Shown: positions 38,719-46,638 of the stretch, piece by piece
Layout of the letters: each line of letters begins with the position of its first letter
How positions within the stretch are numbered: the first letter of the stretch is position 1
Source: a virus
Direction: 5' to 3' (one strand)
Length of the DNA: 64,000 nt
IMG/VR virus record: IMGVR_UViG_3300006108_000015
Coordinates: 5,693-69,692 of that record
Notes under the pieces: generated by a model
What the model was told of the DNA's origin: nothing
Databases searched by the model: none
The model's input: only the letters and a program-made list of their open reading frames with translations
Made by a program: the position numbers and the translations under genes

Positions 38719-38795
38719 TGGTGGGCCCACTAGGACTTGAACCTAGGACCAAAGGATTATGAGTCCTCTGCTCTAACCAACTGAGCTATGAGCCC
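38719..38795 (-). tRNA. tRNA with CAT anticodon, most like Ile2 (lysidine) type
   Basis: TAGCTCAGTTGGTTAGAGCA..GACTCATAATC resembles bacterial tRNA-Ile2; elongator Met not excluded. Confidence 0.8.
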
Positions 38796-38809
38796 GATTT
38801 AACTAAGGG

Positions 38810-38888
38810 TCTGCCAGGAGGGACTCGAACCCACATACTCCATTTACTCGGTTAATGACGGTTTAGAAGACCGTTGAGATACTGGCAG
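38810..38888 (-). ncRNA. D-armless tRNA-like RNA with TCT (Arg) anticodon loop
   Basis: 7-bp acceptor CTGCCAG/CTGGCAG, anticodon arm and TTCGAGT T loop, only 7 nt in place of the D arm. Confidence 0.6.
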
Positions 38889-38894
38889 AGTTAA

Positions 38895-39197
38895 TTAATC
38901 TTTATAATCAATCTCGTTGATATAACTCAACTTTTGATCTACTGTCCAATTCTTTAGATACGAATTATCACTATCAAATAGTTCCAGATACTCCGCAGGA
39001 GAAATCTCACGACAATCTGAAATCACTTCATCCAATGCTCGTTGTGAAAACTCTTGCCAATCTTGATTAAATGATCCAGTAGTATTCATTACCACTTCAT
39101 CCATAGCATGGACTTTTTCACGAGCCTCTACCACATAACGAAACTTAGTCAATAAAAGAGTTTCAACCATATATAACTTCTTCACTCGTTCAGTCAT
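38895..39197 (-). CDS. hypothetical protein
   Basis: ORF with ATGA overlap. Confidence 0.6.
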   Translation of the reverse strand: MTERVKKLYMVETLLLTKFRYVVEAREKVHAMDEVVMNTTGSFNQDWQEFSQRALDEVISDCREISPAEYLELFDSDNSYLKNWTVDQKLSYINEIDYKD

Positions 39198-39433
39198 ACA
39201 CTCACCTTTTCTTTAAGAGTATCAAAAGAGTCTTTTCTTACATATTTTGGATAAGGATCTTTAAGATTCACTTTAACAGGAATAAATTCGATACCATCGA
39301 TTTGTTTTGATGGCCATTCCGAAGAAGAAAAATAAACATCTTCGAAATTCAATTTATTTCGAACTTTAATAATATTAACTTTTTGTTTTTGATTAGGTTT
39401 TTGGAATGATTTATTCATAATATAATAACTCAA
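39194..39433 (-). CDS. hypothetical protein
   Basis: ORF after a sigma70 promoter. Confidence 0.55.
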   Translation of the reverse strand: MSYYIMNKSFQKPNQKQKVNIIKVRNKLNFEDVYFSSSEWPSKQIDGIEFIPVKVNLKDPYPKYVRKDSFDTLKEKVSV

Positions 39434-39451
39434 TTAACATTCATAGATACT

Positions 39452-39480
39452 AGTATACACTAGTTTTGGGGACTTGTCAA
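39452..39480 (-). promoter_or_regulatory. sigma70-type promoter
   Basis: TTGACA-N17-TATACT. Confidence 0.75.
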
Positions 39481-39482
39481 GT

Positions 39483-39502
39483 GGGAGGGAAGAATCCCTC
39501 CC
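39483..39502 (-). terminator. hairpin downstream of hsp20
   Basis: GGGAGGGA-TTCT-TCCCTCCC; no U tract. Confidence 0.45.
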
Positions 39503-39511
39503 GAACTAGGA

Positions 39512-39967
39512 TTACTTGATTTGAATCTTCTTAACCGTATCTTGAAGTTTGATCATATTATTCAACCAAACTTTTAACATACCGTTAGTCAATTCAGCAC
39601 TATTAATCTCTACCTTGTCGGCAAGAGTGAATGTGCGAGTAAAGTTCCTATTGGCGATACCTTTAAAGATGTAAGTTTGAGCATCTTCTTGAGGAGTATC
39701 TTCAGTCATACCTTTGATAATCAATTTATTACCTTCCATAGTAACTTCAATATCTGATTTAGCAAATCCAGCAACTGCCATCTCAATGACATACTGAGTA
39801 TCACTCACTTTTCTGATATTGTATGGAGGATAACTTGGAGCAGATTTGGCTGCGGTATTGGCGATTTCGTTCAATTGCTTGAAGATATCACTATATCCTA
39901 CAGTAAATGGATCCAAAGACTTGTGGAGTGAATCGAAAGGGAATAGGGTACTTAGTGTGCTTGTCAT
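39512..39967 (-). CDS. hsp20: small heat-shock protein (IbpA-like)
   Basis: YPPYNI, EMAVAGF, GIANRNFTRTF, NGML. Confidence 0.92.
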   Translation of the reverse strand: MTSTLSTLFPFDSLHKSLDPFTVGYSDIFKQLNEIANTAAKSAPSYPPYNIRKVSDTQYVIEMAVAGFAKSDIEVTMEGNKLIIKGMTEDTPQEDAQTYIFKGIANRNFTRTFTLADKVEINSAELTNGMLKVWLNNMIKLQDTVKKIQIK

Positions 39968-40031
39968 AGGTTTCTCCTTATTGTTAAGCGAGTTAATAAA
40001 AATGTGTGGACCCGATTGGCATCCACACTAT

Positions 40032-40062
40032 TATTTATACACGAAACCTATGATTTTGTCAA
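40032..40062 (-). promoter_or_regulatory. overlapping sigma70 and late promoter for hsp20
   Basis: TTGACA-N17-TATAAATA. Confidence 0.65.
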
Positions 40063-40484
40063 GAGTTTTGATAGTTTTTCTTAGTACCAATAGAATACTT
40101 TGGAACTAATTCCCAATCATGCTTTTCTTTGTGAGAGATGATCTTAATTTGAGATAAGAAGATTGGCTCTGGATTCTCTGCGGATTTAGTATCAACTATA
40201 GTTAACAATTCCCAATCATTTAATAACTTGACAATAGCATTTCTGCGTGATAAATCATTCTCTGATATATCAGTAGACTTACCATCTAGTGCAAAGAGTT
40301 CTTTAAAATGAACAATTGCATAATGACCTCTTTTATGCAATATATGACAAGATTGATACAGGATTTTATCTTTCTTGGATGCTACACCGATTCTTGTTAA
40401 GGTTTCTCTAACCTTTAAGAAATCATCTTTTTCTTTTAACGATACTTCAACTCCATGACCAGAAAAAATATCTACTTCATTCAT
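40059..40484 (-). CDS. regA: translational repressor RegA
   Basis: DDFLKVRETLTRIG, LYQSCHILHK, HFKELF. Confidence 0.95.
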   Translation of the reverse strand: MNEVDIFSGHGVEVSLKEKDDFLKVRETLTRIGVASKKDKILYQSCHILHKRGHYAIVHFKELFALDGKSTDISENDLSRRNAIVKLLNDWELLTIVDTKSAENPEPIFLSQIKIISHKEKHDWELVPKYSIGTKKNYQNS

Positions 40485-40546
40485 TTTAAATCACCTCTAT
40501 TATTATTTTTATAGTTTTACCTCATAATAATAATATTTATCAAATA

Positions 40547-40936
40547 TTAATTCTTCACTCCACCAGTGTCAACTAATTTCTTAATAGAATCAATCTGTTG
40601 TTTAGATAGTATGCGAAGTGCTTGCTTAGCCTTTTCGTTAGAATATCCAAAATAGGTTTTTACGGCCTGTAAGTCATCATTTTTTTCTAATTTTTGCCAT
40701 GGTTGAAATTTACGCTTCATGGATCGAATAGAATGTAGATAAAAGTTGTATTGCATATCGTTATCAATGAATGCATATTGATTCATGATATTTGCATAAT
40801 GAATACAATCTGAATGATATGATAATGCTCTATTTACTATAAATGCGTCATATTTCTTGATATCCTCATCTGTTATCAATACGCTTTTTTTAGTTTGAAG
40901 AATAGATGGTACAATTTCTTTGAATAAATCAGCCAT
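40547..40936 (-). CDS. 62: clamp loader small subunit
   Basis: FIVNRALS, YFGYSNEKA; synteny. Confidence 0.9.
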   Translation of the reverse strand: MADLFKEIVPSILQTKKSVLITDEDIKKYDAFIVNRALSYHSDCIHYANIMNQYAFIDNDMQYNFYLHSIRSMKRKFQPWQKLEKNDDLQAVKTYFGYSNEKAKQALRILSKQQIDSIKKLVDTGGVKN

Positions 40937-41865
40937 TATTTAAATTCCAAATCAATCATCAATTCCGTTAAACAGGCCATTAGATTTATCTCTTGATCCA
41001 CACAGAACGCAGATTGATAACCATACTTGGCCAAATGTAGAACCAGTTGAGGAACAGAACTAGATTTCAACTCTTCTAAAAGACCATCATATAATGTTCG
41101 ATATAATCTAGCGGGTTCATTATCTAAATTATTAATGACCCATTTTTTACAAGCGGTGTAATCTTTCTCTCGCAAAGATTTAATCAAACTTGTCAGTTGA
41201 ATATTTGATATATGAGATAGTATACCCTTATCGATAACACCTGAAGATGCATATCTCTGAAGTTCATTCAACACTCTCCGATTATCTGGAAAATGTTTAG
41301 TAATCACCGCAGCAACAACTTCTTTATCATATTCAATATTTTCTTGGTCGAGAATCCATTCAACTCGTTTAAAGAATTGGGATGCCATTTTGGCTTTAGA
41401 ACCATTGATTTTGAAATCAATTACAGAACATCTAGAATGAATTGCATCAATAATTCTATTTTTATAATTACATGTAAAGATAAAAGAACAATTAAGAGAT
41501 ACTGCTTCCATCATACCTCTTAACGATTTCTGAGCATCTGGTGTAAGATTATCTGCTTCATCTAAGATGATCACTTTCCGGCCGCCAGTTAAACTCACGG
41601 AAGTGGCATAGTTCTTTACGGTTGTTTGCATGGTAGCAATACCTCGGTCATCTGAACCATTCAGTAGCAGATAATCACATCCGACTTCCTGACAGAGGGA
41701 TTTAGCAATCGTAGTTTTGCCAACGCCTGCCGTACCTGAAAGCAGTAGATTAGGTATTTCCTTTCTATTTACAAACTCCTGAAATGTTGATTTGATCGAA
41801 TCGGGAAGAATACAATCTTCCACCCGATTCGGTCGATACTTTTCCACCCATAACAAATGATCCAT
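40936..41865 (-). CDS. 44: clamp loader AAA+ subunit
   Basis: WVEKYRP, GVGKTT, ILDEAD, SRC. Confidence 0.95.
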   Translation of the reverse strand: MDHLLWVEKYRPNRVEDCILPDSIKSTFQEFVNRKEIPNLLLSGTAGVGKTTIAKSLCQEVGCDYLLLNGSDDRGIATMQTTVKNYATSVSLTGGRKVIILDEADNLTPDAQKSLRGMMEAVSLNCSFIFTCNYKNRIIDAIHSRCSVIDFKINGSKAKMASQFFKRVEWILDQENIEYDKEVVAAVITKHFPDNRRVLNELQRYASSGVIDKGILSHISNIQLTSLIKSLREKDYTACKKWVINNLDNEPARLYRTLYDGLLEELKSSSVPQLVLHLAKYGYQSAFCVDQEINLMACLTELMIDLEFK

Positions 41866-41895
41866 TCACATACCTCATAATATATTCATTGCACA

Positions 41896-42087
41896 TTAGA
41901 CCAAAGATAAATTTACTTCCTTTTCAATCTCTTCAATTCTATTTTTGAGAACACTAATTGTGGTAATAAGATGTCCAGTATCATACTTTTGAATCCTAGA
42001 GTTTAATATATCATACTTTTGAATCCTAGAGTTTAATACTTCAATTTCATTCTCTAGAAATTTTATGTAAACAAATTTATCAATCAT
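41896..42087 (-). CDS. hypothetical coiled-coil protein with internal duplication
   Basis: LNSRIQKYD occurs twice. Confidence 0.55.
   Translation of the reverse strand: MIDKFVYIKFLENEIEVLNSRIQKYDILNSRIQKYDTGHLITTISVLKNRIEEIEKEVNLSLV
41979..42038. repeat. exact 30-bp tandem duplication
   Basis: TATCATACTTTTGAATCCTAGAGTTTAATA x2. Confidence 0.9.
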
Positions 42088-42353
42088 TTGTCAATACCTT
42101 CAAATAGTGCTTCAAACTCTTTTTGTTCAGCAACTTCTTCTTGAAAGTTTTGTTTGTATTTCACCTTTGCCATTTTACGAATAATCTTTTTAGGAATATT
42201 CAATGCATCAAATGTTGAATCTAGAATGTCTTTGATAGCCTGTTTCTCAACATCCATTTTACTCATACAAACATTAATCTCATCAATAGAGTTTCTTAAT
42301 GTTTCGAGTTCTTCTTCATTGAAAGTACCGTACAAAGTTTGAACTGTTGTCAT
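42084..42353 (-). CDS. T4 DsbA-like dsDNA-binding protein
   Basis: Length and pattern IKDI...IPKKIIRKMAKVKYKQNF.E...E..EFEALFE. Confidence 0.65.
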   Translation of the reverse strand: MTTVQTLYGTFNEEELETLRNSIDEINVCMSKMDVEKQAIKDILDSTFDALNIPKKIIRKMAKVKYKQNFQEEVAEQKEFEALFEGIDK

Positions 42354-43024
42354 TATTTGACCTCACTTTCTTTAGACTCAAATGCAATCCAATAATCGAT
42401 ATCTTCTTTAGAATTCTTGAAGTGGCCAATACCTTTGAAAGAAACATCAACATCATATGAACCAGGAATCAATTTCATATTTTCAGTTTTGAATACAACT
42501 TTATAAGTCTTACCATTGCCTTCACCCAATTCAATTGAGTTAGTGTGTGCTGAATCATCAGCAGCATCAAATGTCAATAGATTGATTGTTTCACCATCTG
42601 ATTGTACAGCAATATGTGGTGATGATAGGACTGAAGATGTTTTCATGATCCAGTCTAGATCACTCTGAGATAGAGAGAACGAACAATCAACAGACGGCAA
42701 TACAATTTCTTTCTCAGGAGGAGTAACAATCATATTCTTATCGGTCATGCGATACTTCACTTTACTCTTACCACCTTTGAAGATGACATTTGATGAGTCA
42801 AAATCGATATCAGCACCATCTTTGAATAGACCATGAACTGCTAAGAACTGATTCAAATCATAAATGCAAAAGTCTTGAGGAAAAGTATCAGATAGGGTGG
42901 CTTGTGCAAGAACAGTTTTAGAAGATGACACAGTTGAAATCTTCTTACCTTTCTTGAACTGAAGACCCTGATTGATTGTTGAAAAGTTTTTGAGAACTGC
43001 TAGAGTTTCGTTTGAGAGTTTCAT
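42353..43024 (-). CDS. 45: sliding clamp
   Basis: MKLSNETLAVLKNFSTINQG, IYDLNQFL, YWIAFE. Confidence 0.93.
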   Translation of the reverse strand: MKLSNETLAVLKNFSTINQGLQFKKGKKISTVSSSKTVLAQATLSDTFPQDFCIYDLNQFLAVHGLFKDGADIDFDSSNVIFKGGKSKVKYRMTDKNMIVTPPEKEIVLPSVDCSFSLSQSDLDWIMKTSSVLSSPHIAVQSDGETINLLTFDAADDSAHTNSIELGEGNGKTYKVVFKTENMKLIPGSYDVDVSFKGIGHFKNSKEDIDYWIAFESKESEVK

Positions 43025-43071
43025 ATGTTTCTCCATTATGTAATAATAAATTCATCATATACGAAATATGA

Positions 43072-43455
43072 TTATTTGTCAACTGAATATTTAACATCGT
43101 GTTCATATAGGAAAGCAATACAACACATTGCATGTGCTAAATGATGTTTTCCGGATTCTGGATCAATTTGTTCACCTTCTTTCCACGCCCAAACATGCCT
43201 CTGAAGTGCATCAAAGTATCGTCGCTTGGCATCAGGAACATACATCCAGTTACCTCTTTCATATTTTTGAGCACCAAAGGTTAAAACTTCCACCAATGCC
43301 TTAAGAGCAAGTGGTGGAATTAAACCATATTCTAGTTTATCAGAATCAAATTTACGACCTTTGGTTGTATCTACAATAGAAAGTTTGTTTAAATCGTCAA
43401 TAGTAAGAGGTTCAAGAGGTTTTATAGTAAATTCTAAATCATATTCATTATGCAT
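43072..43455 (-). CDS. DUF5664-like dATP/dGTP diphosphohydrolase
   Basis: GRKFDSDK, GAQKYERGNW, DALQRH, DPESGKHHLAHA. Confidence 0.8.
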   Translation of the reverse strand: MHNEYDLEFTIKPLEPLTIDDLNKLSIVDTTKGRKFDSDKLEYGLIPPLALKALVEVLTFGAQKYERGNWMYVPDAKRRYFDALQRHVWAWKEGEQIDPESGKHHLAHAMCCIAFLYEHDVKYSVDK

Positions 43456-43456
43456 T

Positions 43457-44275
43457 TTACATTTCTCCTACAAAGTTTGCCACTGCTGGCATATCTCCTT
43501 GGAAATGATAGGTACCAATGTGTGCAGTTTTCATCCAAGGACATAACCAAATCTGGCCACCCATCTTACGCCACATCTGACAGAACATATAATCTTCTGA
43601 AAGATAACGATCAGAACCACCACCAGTGATACTATCTTTTGTATCAATAACAGTATCAAAGAATGCATGAATATATCGTGAACCATCAAAATTATCTTGA
43701 CCCACATGATCTGGACGGTACCGAATACTTGGATATTCTTCTTGCATCTTTTCAAACACTTCACGCTTGATCATCATGAATCCAGTACCAATTTCTAATA
43801 CCTCTAAAGGTTCAGTCACTTTAAATTGTGATGTACCTTTAACTGGATTAAAAACATAATCTCCAGTCAATTTCTCTAAAGTTTTAGGTTCAATATCGGG
43901 ATTCTTAGTCATTGCTGTTTTGATGGCTTTCCATTTGATAGCCTTCTTAGGATATGGACCACCAATAACATCTTTATCCAAGGCAAGAAGTGCAATCACA
44001 TCTCGTGGATCAAAGTTAATATCAGAATCTAAGAATAACATATGGGTACAATCTGATCGATGAAGAAATTCATCTACCAAATAGTTTCTTGCACGAGTGA
44101 TAAGTGATTCGTTGAAGAGGAATGAGAATTTAATTTGTAATCCATATTGCATGGATACTGATTGTAAATCTAGACAGGCTTTCATGTATAGTCCGTGATT
44201 GACACCACCATACATTGGAGTTGCACAAAACAGTTTCTTTTTGGCAAGGTCATCCTTTTTAATTGTTATTTCCAT
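43457..44275 (-). CDS. putative GT-A glycosyltransferase
   Basis: TPMYGG, ESLITRARN, FLDSD, GTGFMMIKR, LSEDYMFC. Confidence 0.7.
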   Translation of the reverse strand: MEITIKKDDLAKKKLFCATPMYGGVNHGLYMKACLDLQSVSMQYGLQIKFSFLFNESLITRARNYLVDEFLHRSDCTHMLFLDSDINFDPRDVIALLALDKDVIGGPYPKKAIKWKAIKTAMTKNPDIEPKTLEKLTGDYVFNPVKGTSQFKVTEPLEVLEIGTGFMMIKREVFEKMQEEYPSIRYRPDHVGQDNFDGSRYIHAFFDTVIDTKDSITGGGSDRYLSEDYMFCQMWRKMGGQIWLCPWMKTAHIGTYHFQGDMPAVANFVGEM

Positions 44276-44302
44276 AATAACTCCATATCAAAGTAATAAT
44301 AA

Positions 44303-44331
44303 AGTATAACACTACTTTATATATATGTCAA
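44303..44331 (-). promoter_or_regulatory. sigma70-type promoter
   Basis: TTGACA-N17-TATACT. Confidence 0.75.
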
Positions 44332-44345
44332 CACTCACGAACTAT

Positions 44346-44377
44346 AAAAAAAAGGGAGCACCAATTAAGATGCTCCC
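44346..44377 (-). terminator. intrinsic terminator
   Basis: GGGAGCA...TGCTCCC followed by a U tract. Confidence 0.75.
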
Positions 44378-44396
44378 ACAACCTTCAATCTACTAA

Positions 44397-44669
44397 TTAG
44401 TTACCAAAAGAATAACCAGCAGCAACAGCATATGCTACGATGTCACGAGAAGGTTTACCTAGACGATAAACGGAAACTTTAGAACCATCTGCAAGGGTCT
44501 TAGTATTGGTGTAAATACAATGACCTTCTTTACGCAACTCATTGATTCGTGCAGAAACATTAGTGATTCCGAAACGGCGTTGTGCCTGTTTGGTAGTAAA
44601 GGTGTTGTAGCCTTCAGTTTGTTGCAAAGCGGCCAAGATGCGTTGTTTAACAGATAGATTTTTGCTCAT
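44397..44669 (-). CDS. winged-helix DNA-binding protein
   Basis: FGITNVSARINELRKEGHCI; own promoter and terminator. Confidence 0.7.
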   Translation of the reverse strand: MSKNLSVKQRILAALQQTEGYNTFTTKQAQRRFGITNVSARINELRKEGHCIYTNTKTLADGSKVSVYRLGKPSRDIVAYAVAAGYSFGN

Positions 44670-44737
44670 AATAAAACTCCTATAATGTATAAAAAAAAGT
44701 AACTACAATCAATCCTCGTCATCAACGAAGTAATACC

Positions 44738-44766
44738 ATCATACTATGTGTTACAGTATTTGTCAA
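44738..44766 (-). promoter_or_regulatory. sigma70-type early promoter
   Basis: TTGACA-N17-TATGAT. Confidence 0.7.
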
Positions 44767-44832
44767 GTGTTTTTTCAACTTTTTTACAGATTTGTGACAT
44801 GTTTTATGTAAGTTGTTGATATATATGATTTT

Positions 44833-45735
44833 TTATGCTTTGAAGTTTTTAACTAACTTCATACCATAGTTGTTAGTTCCGTCAGGAATTACAATGCCAG
44901 GCTTCAATTTTAGTTCATTCTTCTTAAAAATACTATAATCAACATAGTGATGCCAACGGCCATATCTCTTAACCATAACAGCAACATCTGGATGAAGATC
45001 GACTAACATTTGAGATTTGTTCTTAGTACCTTCGGGATTAAGAGTACCATCTCGCCACTGACTTTTATCCAAAGTACCTTCTTTGTGATAAAATTCTTCT
45101 GTATTACCACCCTTAACTGTTTGAGTGGCTGCTTTACCTTGTAAAAATGCATTAAACTGAATAGTACAATCGCCGTCTTTCAATACTCGCAAACAGATAT
45201 CAGTATCTTCATTGTATCGACCTCGCCATCTATGTTTACAATCATTCGATATCAAAAGTGTAGAATAGATTCGAGTATTCTTAACATACGGAGGATATGC
45301 ACTATTAGGAGCAATAAAGAATCGATACTGAAATCCTGAGATAGGAACATTTTCATATCGATCTACGAAATCTTCTGCCGCTTTGAATATGGCACCAGAC
45401 TCCACTCTAATACGCTTATTTTGATGCAATCTATAAAAATCTGATATATTATCATCCAATACCCAATGTTTTTCAGCACCTATAGATATCGAATGATCCC
45501 AACACCAGTTTCTAGCACGACCTGGTCCATCTCCATGATTTGAAAATGGTGCAATCAAAAGTGTTACATAATCTCTGATACCAAAATTATCAAGTGCTTC
45601 ATTATAGTTTTTCTCATCTTGTGGTTCGATAGCAATATAATGTGGAACTTTCATTCGAGCCAGAGATTTTGAGGTCAACATAGATTCATGTCGACCTTTA
45701 GATATGATATAAACGGGATGAACAGGATTAGTCAT
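44833..45735 (-). CDS. TAGT/GREB1-like (TET-associated) glycosyltransferase
   Basis: PVYIISKGR, ARN, HWVLDDNI, RGRYNEDTD, KGGNT, RWHHYVDY. Confidence 0.72.
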   Translation of the reverse strand: MTNPVHPVYIISKGRHESMLTSKSLARMKVPHYIAIEPQDEKNYNEALDNFGIRDYVTLLIAPFSNHGDGPGRARNWCWDHSISIGAEKHWVLDDNISDFYRLHQNKRIRVESGAIFKAAEDFVDRYENVPISGFQYRFFIAPNSAYPPYVKNTRIYSTLLISNDCKHRWRGRYNEDTDICLRVLKDGDCTIQFNAFLQGKAATQTVKGGNTEEFYHKEGTLDKSQWRDGTLNPEGTKNKSQMLVDLHPDVAVMVKRYGRWHHYVDYSIFKKNELKLKPGIVIPDGTNNYGMKLVKNFKA

Positions 45736-46066
45736 TTTCTTCAATCCATCTCATCAATGCATTTTCTTCTCGATCCAACTTAGGATACCAAATACTCTTA
45801 GTTTTTTCTGAAAGATTCTGATCGACCAGTTTAGCAAACGCATCATAATCTTCTTTGTTTCTAAAGTTTAGATATATTTGTTTGTATGGAGGATTATTCT
45901 TCTGGTCATAGTCTGGCATACCTTTCCAGTGTTTCTTCCAATCTGGAGTATTATCAACAGGATCAGGAATCTCTTCACCAATAATATCTTCAAGTGTCAA
46001 TGCTTGAGATGTGTCTCTAACACCTATGCAACTTTCATATACTGTTGTTTCTTTCACTTTTGTCAT
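45728..46066 (-). CDS. small protein overlapping the TAGT-like gene
   Basis: HWKGMP.Y.Q, F....DYDAF..LVDQ....KTKSIWYP. Confidence 0.6.
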   Translation of the reverse strand: MTKVKETTVYESCIGVRDTSQALTLEDIIGEEIPDPVDNTPDWKKHWKGMPDYDQKNNPPYKQIYLNFRNKEDYDAFAKLVDQNLSEKTKSIWYPKLDREENALMRWIEEND

Positions 46067-46068
46067 GT

Positions 46069-46638
46069 TTATTTCTCCACAATACCCATCTTTTTCATAA
46101 ATTTGGATTGTTTCTTTTTTCCCATTTGTAATGCGACAGGTCCAACAAGATCAGTATACAGCACACCATTCAAATGATCAAGTTCATGTAAACAACATCT
46201 AGCAGTGATACCAGTAAACATTGCTTCTCGTAATTCTCCATTAAAATCATGATAACGGATATGAACTTCTTGAGGTCGTGTAATTTTTAATCCTAGAAAT
46301 GGAAATGATAAACAACCTTCTGGCATGTGAACAGTTTCTGGTGATGCATATTCAACTACAGGATTATAAAAAGCAACATAGTTATCACCAGATCCTACTA
46401 CAAATACACGATAAGGAAATCCACACTGATTAGCAGAAAGACCAAGTCCACCATGTGCCTTACAAGTTTCAACTAATGTTGATGCAAATTCATTAGGATT
46501 GACCGGTGGATTATTGAAATCAAATTCAGGCATAACTTGTCTGAGAATAGGGTCAGTGTGATGAACTAAATTGAAAATGTTAGGACCGTCAACTTTAACT
46601 GAGTTTTCTTCTGTATCAAATGTAATCAAATCGTTCAT
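46069..46638 (-). CDS. def: peptide deformylase
   Basis: GLGLSANQ, EGCLS, HELDHLNG. Confidence 0.93.
   Translation of the reverse strand: MNDLITFDTEENSVKVDGPNIFNLVHHTDPILRQVMPEFDFNNPPVNPNEFASTLVETCKAHGGLGLSANQCGFPYRVFVVGSGDNYVAFYNPVVEYASPETVHMPEGCLSFPFLGLKITRPQEVHIRYHDFNGELREAMFTGITARCCLHELDHLNGVLYTDLVGPVALQMGKKKQSKFMKKMGIVEK

Noticed and set aside
43072-43455. Z-genome (2-aminoadenine) system suggested by DUF5664
   Set aside because: No PurZ-like gene in the window; DUF5664 alone is not diagnostic
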